NCBI RefSeq assembly: GCF_000011325.1
Contig: NC_003450.3
Coordinates: 2,640,001 to 2,672,000, forward strand
Origin: Corynebacterium glutamicum ATCC 13032
GTDB lineage: Bacteria > Actinomycetota > Actinomycetes > Mycobacteriales > Mycobacteriaceae
Reading direction: 5' to 3'
Length of the DNA stretch: 32,000 nt
Below, one piece after another: positions 25,861-32,000 of the stretch. Every line of letters starts with the position of its first letter. Positions within the stretch are counted from its first letter, which is position 1. The position numbers and the translations under genes were made by a program. The notes beneath the pieces were generated by a model, which ran no database searches, was not told the DNA's origin, and saw only the letters and a program-made list of their open reading frames with translations.

Positions 25861-27858
25861 ATGTCTGCGCCTGAATCACCCACAAATACCACCCCAGATC
25901 CGCTCAATGCTTCCACGGAAGAGTTGCTTACTGCTGCCGTTGAAGCGTTGGGCGGTGCCCGTCGTGCTGGACAGGAAGCAATGGCTAAGGCTGTGACCAA
26001 GGCTTTTGATACAGAGCGTCACTTGGCGGTGCAGGCGGGTACGGGTACGGGTAAGTCTTTGGCTTATCTTGTTCCGTCGATTCGTCATGCGCAGAAGTCT
26101 GATTCCACGGTCATTGTGTCTACTGCGACGATCGCGTTGCAGCGCCAGTTGGTCAATAGGGATCTCCCCCGCTTGGTGGATGCGTTGGAACCCTTGATGG
26201 AACGTCGCCCGACTTTTGCGATTATGAAGGGCCGTTCCAATTATTTGTGCATGAATAAGGTTGCCCGCCAGGAAGAGCTGAATCAGGAAGATGCCCTGAT
26301 TGAGCAGGAGGATATCTCGTGGTTAGGTAAGCACATTGTGCGCCTTAATGAGTGGGCCAATGAGACTGAGACTGGCGATCGTGATGATTTGGATCCGGGT
26401 GTTCCTGATCTTGCGTGGAAGCAGGTAAGTGTTACTGCCCGTGAGTGCATTGGCGCGTCAAGGTGCCCGCATGGCGAGGATTGTTTCGCTGAGATTGCCC
26501 GCGGGAAGGCAAAGGAGGCTGATGTGGTGGTCACCAACCATGCGTTACTTGCTATTGATGCGTTGTCGGATGTTTCTGTGCTTCCTGAACATGATGTGGT
26601 GGTCATCGATGAGGCCCATGAGCTAGATGGTCGCATCACTGCTGTGGCGTCGGCTGAGATCACGGTGAATTCGCTCAATTTAGCTGCTCGCCGTGCGTCC
26701 AAGTTGGATTCCGATAAGCGGGAAGAACGCGTCCAGGAAATCGCTGGCGATTTGGAAACCTTGTTGCAAACCATGCAGCCGGGCCGGTGGAATGACATGG
26801 ATGAGGGTTCCAAAGGCACACTGGTGGCATTGAAGGACGCGTTGTGGGCATTGCGTGCTCAGATCGCGGGAGCACCTGAGGGTGAGGCTGCGAATGATCC
26901 GGAGCGTTTCGCCGAGCGACAGAATTTAAGCAATCACTTGATGGAAATCCATGATGCCAACGTGCGCATTTTGGAGGTCTTCGCGGAGGAGGATCCCTCC
27001 AAGCAGTACGACGTGGTGTGGCATAACCACGATGATCGTCGCGGGGATTCCCTCAATGTGGCGCCGCTGTCGGTTGCAGGGCTGTTGCATGAGAAACTGT
27101 TCGCGGAAAACACCGTGGTTTTGGCCAGTGCGACGCTGACCATTGGTGGCAATTTCAACGCAATGGCTGCCAGCTGGGGTTTGCCGAAAGGGTCGTGGGA
27201 TTCCATGGATGCCGGCACGCCGTTTGATCCAGCGAAGTCGGGTATTTTGTACACCGCTCGACACCTTCCGGACCCTGGCCGCGATGGGTTGCCGGAGGAA
27301 ACGCTTGATGAAATCTACGAGTTGATCACTGCGGCGGGTGGCCGAACTTTGGGGCTCTTTTCGTCGAAACGCGCTGCGGAACAAGCCACCAAGGCGATGC
27401 GTCTGCGCCTGCCTTTTGATGTGCTCTGCCAGGGAGATGACAATACTGCCGCGCTGGTGAAGAAGTTTTCCGACAGCGAAAACACGTGCCTTTTTGGCAC
27501 TCTCACGCTGTGGCAGGGCGTCGACGTCCCCGGCCGTTCGCTGTCGTTGGTGTTGATTGACCGCATCCCGTTCCCCCGCCCCGACGACCCGCTGCTGCAG
27601 GCCCGCAAGGAGGCCGCCGATGCCGAAGGCCGCAACGGTTTCATGGAGGTCGCAGCCACCCACGCGGCGTTGTTGATGGCGCAGGGCGCGGGCCGGTTGT
27701 TGCGGCACGTCGGCGACCGCGGCGTGGTAGCAGTGCTAGACCACCGCTTATCGACGAAACGTTACGGCGGTTTCCTGCGCTTCTCCATGCCCAGATTTTG
27801 GGAAACCACCAACCCAGAGACCGTACGCGCGGCACTCAAACGATTGGTGACTAAGTAA
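25861..27858 (+). CDS. dinG: DinG/XPD-like ATP-dependent DNA helicase with Fe-S cluster domain
   Basis: 665 aa. Walker A AGTGTGKS, DEAH box VVVIDEAHELD, and four Cys (YLCMNK…ECIGASRCPHGEDCF) in the DinG/XPD Fe-S arrangement. There is no N-terminal exonuclease domain. Confidence 0.88.
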   Translation: MSAPESPTNTTPDPLNASTEELLTAAVEALGGARRAGQEAMAKAVTKAFDTERHLAVQAGTGTGKSLAYLVPSIRHAQKSDSTVIVSTATIALQRQLVNRDLPRLVDALEPLMERRPTFAIMKGRSNYLCMNKVARQEELNQEDALIEQEDISWLGKHIVRLNEWANETETGDRDDLDPGVPDLAWKQVSVTARECIGASRCPHGEDCFAEIARGKAKEADVVVTNHALLAIDALSDVSVLPEHDVVVIDEAHELDGRITAVASAEITVNSLNLAARRASKLDSDKREERVQEIAGDLETLLQTMQPGRWNDMDEGSKGTLVALKDALWALRAQIAGAPEGEAANDPERFAERQNLSNHLMEIHDANVRILEVFAEEDPSKQYDVVWHNHDDRRGDSLNVAPLSVAGLLHEKLFAENTVVLASATLTIGGNFNAMAASWGLPKGSWDSMDAGTPFDPAKSGILYTARHLPDPGRDGLPEETLDEIYELITAAGGRTLGLFSSKRAAEQATKAMRLRLPFDVLCQGDDNTAALVKKFSDSENTCLFGTLTLWQGVDVPGRSLSLVLIDRIPFPRPDDPLLQARKEAADAEGRNGFMEVAATHAALLMAQGAGRLLRHVGDRGVVAVLDHRLSTKRYGGFLRFSMPRFWETTNPETVRAALKRLVTK

Positions 27859-27867
27859 AACTAACTG

Positions 27868-28761
27868 CTACTGACGCTGCATGATGGGACCACCGCTGGC
27901 GGTCTGGAATGCGTAGGCATACAGCAGGAATGTAAGCGGAGTGGTCACCAACATACCGATGATCACTGCGCTGCCCAAGAAGCTCAACGCGAAGATAGCC
28001 AGTTCTAAGAGAATGACCTGACCAACGTTTTTGGACACTGCCTTCCAGCTTGCGGAAAACGCATCACCGATCGAGGCGTCGCGCAGCTGGAATGCCACAG
28101 GAACAGCAAAGATCAGCACCACGGCAGCGATAATTCCAGGAATGAGCAGCAAGATCATTCCGATGAAGATGACGATATTGATCAAGATGTAAATACCGAG
28201 CGCCTTACCAAGACCCTTCATCTTGAAGAAACTCTGAATGGTGATCTGCTCACCGCGCACAACTCGAGCCGCGTTGCGGTAGCAGTTAAGGGAGTACACA
28301 AAACTGATGAATGCCAGGACGATCATCAGCATGAACCCGAAGAAGCTGGTGCCACCCGTCGCTGCAATAGCTGCGGAATCAGAACCAGATGAGGTCGCTG
28401 CGAGCACACTAACCATCGGGAGGATCCACGCAAACATCAGCACAAGCAACACCGCGAAGTAGATCAGTGCAGACAGCACCCATGCCTGCCACGTTGCGGT
28501 AAAGCCCTTCCATGCCTGACCAAAAACAGTTCCAAGGTCAAAGGAGCGCCACTGAGCCTCCTGCATGGAAGGCTGTGGGACCTCAGGTGGGATGGGAGAA
28601 CTGTAGGCGTTGAATCCTTGATCAAATGGCTGCCCGTAAGGCTGTCCATATGGCGCACCGTAGGGCTGACCGTAGTTCTGCTCGCCGGAAGGGTTGCCGA
28701 ACTGGGAGTTCCAATTATTGTTGTCGTCGCCTGGGTATTGGGATCCATAAGGGCTTGTCAT
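27868..28761 (-). CDS. Multi-pass membrane protein with Tyr/Gly/Gln/Pro-rich N-terminal tail
   Basis: ATG 28761 has AAGGA 7 nt upstream. The N-terminus has repeats QNYGQPYGAPYGQPYGQPF, followed by ~6 TM helices. I cannot confidently assign a family. Confidence 0.65.
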   Translation of the reverse strand: MTSPYGSQYPGDDNNNWNSQFGNPSGEQNYGQPYGAPYGQPYGQPFDQGFNAYSSPIPPEVPQPSMQEAQWRSFDLGTVFGQAWKGFTATWQAWVLSALIYFAVLLVLMFAWILPMVSVLAATSSGSDSAAIAATGGTSFFGFMLMIVLAFISFVYSLNCYRNAARVVRGEQITIQSFFKMKGLGKALGIYILINIVIFIGMILLLIPGIIAAVVLIFAVPVAFQLRDASIGDAFSASWKAVSKNVGQVILLELAIFALSFLGSAVIIGMLVTTPLTFLLYAYAFQTASGGPIMQRQ

Positions 28762-28836
28762 AACAATGTCCTTTTTCAATTGTGTGCAATAAGCGATTTA
28801 CACAATACAAGGACTTGTTAATCAAAGCTCGTTTAG

Positions 28837-29562
28837 TTATGGAATTGCAACAACCGTCACGGTGTTGGGGGCAACCTCAGTAAAGCCGCCATCGCGAACT
28901 GGAACAGCACCAGGAGACTCGATAAGGCGCAGGAACTCCTCCGAGGGAATCTCCCTGACGTGCAGCGCAAAATCCGCTGCTTCCCACTGCTCCACCCACT
29001 CAAACGGTTGGTGCGCGGCAAGCAACATGGATGCGTGTCCTACCTGCGCAGCGGCCTTTCCCAGCGTCATCTTCAACGATTCATCAATGTAGATAACGGG
29101 GTATTCATCGTTGATCGGATTCGGCTCATCGAGAGGCAATTCCGTACCGGAAATCTGCAGCTTTTTGATATCTGCAGGCACATCCACCACTGCGCTGGGC
29201 AAAAATGCCCGAACCTTTGCAGCATCATCTTCCACAGTCACGCCGGGTAAATCTTGCACCCGATCCCACGCCGCATTACGAGCGCGACGTGACACCTTCC
29301 GAATCAAGTGTCCGTACCAACGTTCCAAGGCCGCCCGAAAATCAGGATCGGTGGATACTCGTTCGTCGAGGCAAAGCTTGACCACACTCCTCGCCGCCGC
29401 TTCCAACACATCTGTCCGCCGGGGCGGATTCTGTTTCGGAATGTGCAACGCGATCTGCATTGCCTGAACGGTCGAAGGATCCGAAGGATCCTCGCTATGT
29501 GGCCCGTCGCTAGCCCGGGCCTTGAGGAGGAGGTGGGCGTCGAGAAGCGAATCTTTAGGCAT
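28837..29562 (-). CDS. PTH2 (archaeal/eukaryotic-type peptidyl-tRNA hydrolase)-like protein with degenerate N-terminal duplication
   Basis: The C-terminal half (VIYIDESLKMTLGKAAAQVGHASMLLA…VPVRDGGFTEVAPNTVTVVAIP) fits the PTH2 pattern (kMgkGKiaAQ..HA … DAG.Tei.pgt.Tvlai.P). The N-terminal half has weaker similarity to the same fold. ATG 29562 overlaps the serB stop by 8 nt. Confidence 0.6.
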   Translation of the reverse strand: MPKDSLLDAHLLLKARASDGPHSEDPSDPSTVQAMQIALHIPKQNPPRRTDVLEAAARSVVKLCLDERVSTDPDFRAALERWYGHLIRKVSRRARNAAWDRVQDLPGVTVEDDAAKVRAFLPSAVVDVPADIKKLQISGTELPLDEPNPINDEYPVIYIDESLKMTLGKAAAQVGHASMLLAAHQPFEWVEQWEAADFALHVREIPSEEFLRLIESPGAVPVRDGGFTEVAPNTVTVVAIP

Positions 29563-30895
29563 TGGTCAATGGAACGCGGTGGAAAGTGCCGTCTTCCTGA
29601 TCCGCCAGATCGATCTCGTCGCGGGAAATGCCCATGATGTGCAAAACCTCGTCGAGGAATGGGTGGTTCACGGAAGTATCCGCAATCTCCTTCAGCGCAG
29701 GCTTCGCGTTGAAAGCAACACCCAGACCCGCAGCGGAGAGCATATCGATGTCATTAGCGCCATCACCGACAGCGACAGTCTGGTACATCTTCAGGCCAGA
29801 ATCCGCAGCGAACTCACGGAGGAACTCAGCCTTCGCAGCGCGGTCAACGATCTTTCCGGTGACGTTGCCGGTCAGCTTGCCATCAACGATTTCCAAAGTG
29901 TTGGCGCGGACATAATCCAACTCCAACTCCTCAGCCAAACCTTCCAACACCTGGATGAAACCACCGGAAACAACAGCGGTCTGGTAACCCATGCGGTTCA
30001 GCGTACGGATCGTGGTGCGCGCACCAGGGGTCAGCTCAATAGCGGCAGCGACCTCATCGATCACCGACGCATCCAAACCAGCCAACGCCTTCACACGCTC
30101 ACGCAGAGACTCCTCGAAATCGAGCTCACCGCGCATCGCACGCTCAGTAACTGCCGCAACTTCAGCTTCCTTGCCCGCGTGAGCCGCCAGCATCTCAATG
30201 ACCTCACCAGTGATCAACGTGGAATCACAATCGAAGCACACCAGACGCTTAGAACGACGCAGCAAACCAGAACGCTCAATCGCAATATCCACATTCAGCT
30301 CAGAGGTAAGAGCAGCAAGCGCCTTACGCATCGCTTCACCACCACCAGGGCTGACATCCGGCACAGTCACCTTCAGCTCCAGGCCGGTCACAGGGTAATC
30401 CGAAATACCACGAATGGTGTCAATGTTGGCATCGTAATCCGCCAGGGTCTGACCAATGCGGGAAATATCCAACGCATCAACCGGATCACCCAACACCACA
30501 ACAACATGGGAAGAACGAGGACGGGACGACTGCACAGTTTCCTGCAGCTCCACCACCACGGACTGTCCATGCACCTTGAGGGTGTCAGTCAGGCCTGTGG
30601 TGACGGTCTCGACACGCTCAGGTGCGATACCCACAAACGCCGCCAAGTTCAAAAAGCCACGGAACATTGACTGCTCAACGTCCAAGACCTGAACCTGATT
30701 AGCGGACAAGACCCTAAAGAACGCGGCAGTCACACCTGGGCGGTCTTTACCGCTCACTGTGATCACCGCAGGAAGATAACCTTCACGCAATGCAACCTGC
30801 TGGCCGGCTTCCAGCTCAGCGATTTCTTGGGATTCATTCTGGATGAGTTCAGTCACGGCAACAATTGTCTCATGTCTGAGCGCGGAACACGACAT
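29555..30895 (-). CDS. serB: Phosphoserine phosphatase with N-terminal ACT domains (SerB2 type)
   Basis: HAD motif I LVCFDCDSTLI, plus SGGF and GDGANDIDML motifs. Two ACT-like segments are present (VITVSGKDRPGVTAAFFRVL; HVVVVLGDPVDALDISRIG). No clear SD precedes ATG 30895, so the start is uncertain. Confidence 0.9.
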   Translation of the reverse strand: MSCSALRHETIVAVTELIQNESQEIAELEAGQQVALREGYLPAVITVSGKDRPGVTAAFFRVLSANQVQVLDVEQSMFRGFLNLAAFVGIAPERVETVTTGLTDTLKVHGQSVVVELQETVQSSRPRSSHVVVVLGDPVDALDISRIGQTLADYDANIDTIRGISDYPVTGLELKVTVPDVSPGGGEAMRKALAALTSELNVDIAIERSGLLRRSKRLVCFDCDSTLITGEVIEMLAAHAGKEAEVAAVTERAMRGELDFEESLRERVKALAGLDASVIDEVAAAIELTPGARTTIRTLNRMGYQTAVVSGGFIQVLEGLAEELELDYVRANTLEIVDGKLTGNVTGKIVDRAAKAEFLREFAADSGLKMYQTVAVGDGANDIDMLSAAGLGVAFNAKPALKEIADTSVNHPFLDEVLHIMGISRDEIDLADQEDGTFHRVPLTNA

Positions 30896-30984
30896 TGGAG
30901 ACTTATCAGTCGTTGCTGGGCAATTGTCTAGTTATGGGGAATTGGGTGAGATGTATTCAGGGGTGCCCCAAGTCGGAATATGAA

Positions 30985-31027
30985 AAGCACCAGCCCCGGC
31001 AGATTATCTCTGCTGGGGCTGGTGCTT
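30985..31027 (-). terminator. Rho-independent terminator of ctaD
   Basis: 19-bp stem (30985-31003 / 31009-31027, one G-U pair) with a 5-nt loop. TTTTCATATT follows on the minus strand. It lies 33 nt downstream of the ctaD stop. Confidence 0.85.
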
Positions 31028-31060
31028 ATTTAGTCAGGTACCGACTTAAATCAGACGCTT

Positions 31061-32000
31061 TTAGCGGCTGGAGTCAGATGCAAGGGCTGGGGCGGTACCC
31101 AATTCTGGAGCATTAATATCATCGTGATGTCCAGTGTGTGCCTCTGCGCGCATGCGTTCAATCATGTGCGGGTAGTGCAGCTCGAACGCAGGGCGCTCGG
31201 AGCGGATACGAGGCAAGGATGCGAAGTTGTGGCGAGGAGGAGGGCAGGAGGTTGCCCACTCCAGGGAGTTGCCGTAACCCCAAGGATCATCAACGGTAAC
31301 GAGCTCACCGTAGCGCCAGGACTTGAAGACGTTCCAGATGAATGGAATGACAGACAGGCCAAGCAGGAAGGAGAACACGGTGGAGATCTGGTTGTAGATG
31401 GTGAAACCATCAGAATCCAGGTAGTCAGCGTAACGACGTGGCATACCCATGTTGCCCACCCAGTGCTGGATGAGGAAGGTTCCGTGGAAACCGACGAAGG
31501 TCAACCAGAAGTGGATCTTGCCAAGACGCTCGTCCATCATGCGGCCAGTCATCTTCGGGAACCAGAAGTAAACGCCTGCACACGATGCGAACACCACGGT
31601 ACCGAAGAGGGTGTAGTGGAAGTGCGCGATCAGGAAGTAGGAGTCAGCCAAGTGGAAGTCCAGTGGTGGGGACGCCAGCATAATGCCGGTCAGACCACCG
31701 AAGAGGAAGGTAGCCATGAAGCCAACAGACCAGATCATTGGGGTTTCCCAAGTGATGTGACCCTTCCACATGGTTCCAACCCAGTTGAAGAACTTAACGC
31801 CGGTAGGAACCGAAATCAGGAACGTCATGAAGGAGAAGAACGGAAGCAAAACTGCGCCAGTAACGAACATGTGGTGAGCCCACACAGCCATGGACAGTGC
31901 ACCAATGGACAAGGTTGCGAAGATCAGGCCGACGTAACCGAACATTGGCTTACGGGAGAACACAGGAATGATCTCAGAAACAATGCCGAAGAACGGCAGC
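31061..32000 (-). CDS. ctaD: Cytochrome c (aa3) oxidase subunit I, 3' part; N-terminus off the right edge
   Basis: Motifs [21 protein letters not shown] and GMPRRY are present. The frame stays open to the window edge; the track starts it at an internal Met, 31963. Confidence 0.93.
   Translation of the reverse strand, partial: LPFFGIVSEIIPVFSRKPMFGYVGLIFATLSIGALSMAVWAHHMFVTGAVLLPFFSFMTFLISVPTGVKFFNWVGTMWKGHITWETPMIWSVGFMATFLFGGLTGIMLASPPLDFHLADSYFLIAHFHYTLFGTVVFASCAGVYFWFPKMTGRMMDERLGKIHFWLTFVGFHGTFLIQHWVGNMGMPRRYADYLDSDGFTIYNQISTVFSFLLGLSVIPFIWNVFKSWRYGELVTVDDPWGYGNSLEWATSCPPPRHNFASLPRIRSERPAFELHYPHMIERMRAEAHTGHHDDINAPELGTAPALASDSSR

Noticed and set aside
26926-27708. 260-aa minus-strand ORF
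   Set aside because: It is antisense to the DinG-like helicase, whose helicase motifs fix the plus-strand frame.
29522-30670. 382-aa plus-strand ORF
   Set aside because: It is antisense to serB (HAD motifs on the minus strand). Its composition is dominated by Arg/Leu/Thr/Gln from the reverse codons.

Overview
The window is a chromosomal segment from a Corynebacterium. From memory, gene content and order match the C. glutamicum fasA-to-ctaD region and are syntenic with the M. tuberculosis Rv1329c-Rv1343c block. I could not run any search to confirm this.

Layout:
- 1-7637 (-): the first ~2545 codons of a type I fatty-acid synthase. It is missing from the ORF track only because its stop codon lies off-window.
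- 7.9-12.8 kb: small acidic ORF, PucR-type regulator, secreted M23 peptidase, tRNA-Leu(UAG), two small membrane proteins, and rph-rdgB.
- 13.0-17.6 kb: the only clearly accessory DNA. It is a decayed surface-protein-like gene split by a 3148-bp IS6-family composite transposon. The transposon has inverted IS copies, a perfect 8-bp target duplication, and a single DUF2254 membrane-protein cargo gene.
- 17.7-23.2 kb: MBL-fold cAMP phosphodiesterase-like gene, murI, a membrane-anchored Ser/Pro-rich protein, then a tightly packed minus-strand cluster clpS-DUF2017-S58 peptidase-rhomboid-MarR.
- 23.5-32.0 kb: CAP-domain protein overlapping pncB, a 460-bp non-coding gap with a duplicated hairpin element, a DinG-like Fe-S helicase, a Tyr/Gly/Gln/Pro-tailed membrane protein, a PTH2-like protein overlapping serB, and the 3' part of ctaD.

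I found no CRISPR array, rRNA, integrase or recognisable defence system. The most interesting items are the DUF2254 composite transposon, the ClpS-protease operon architecture and the serB-coupled PTH2-like gene. Most long ORFs in the track that lie antisense to these genes are GC-driven shadow ORFs.
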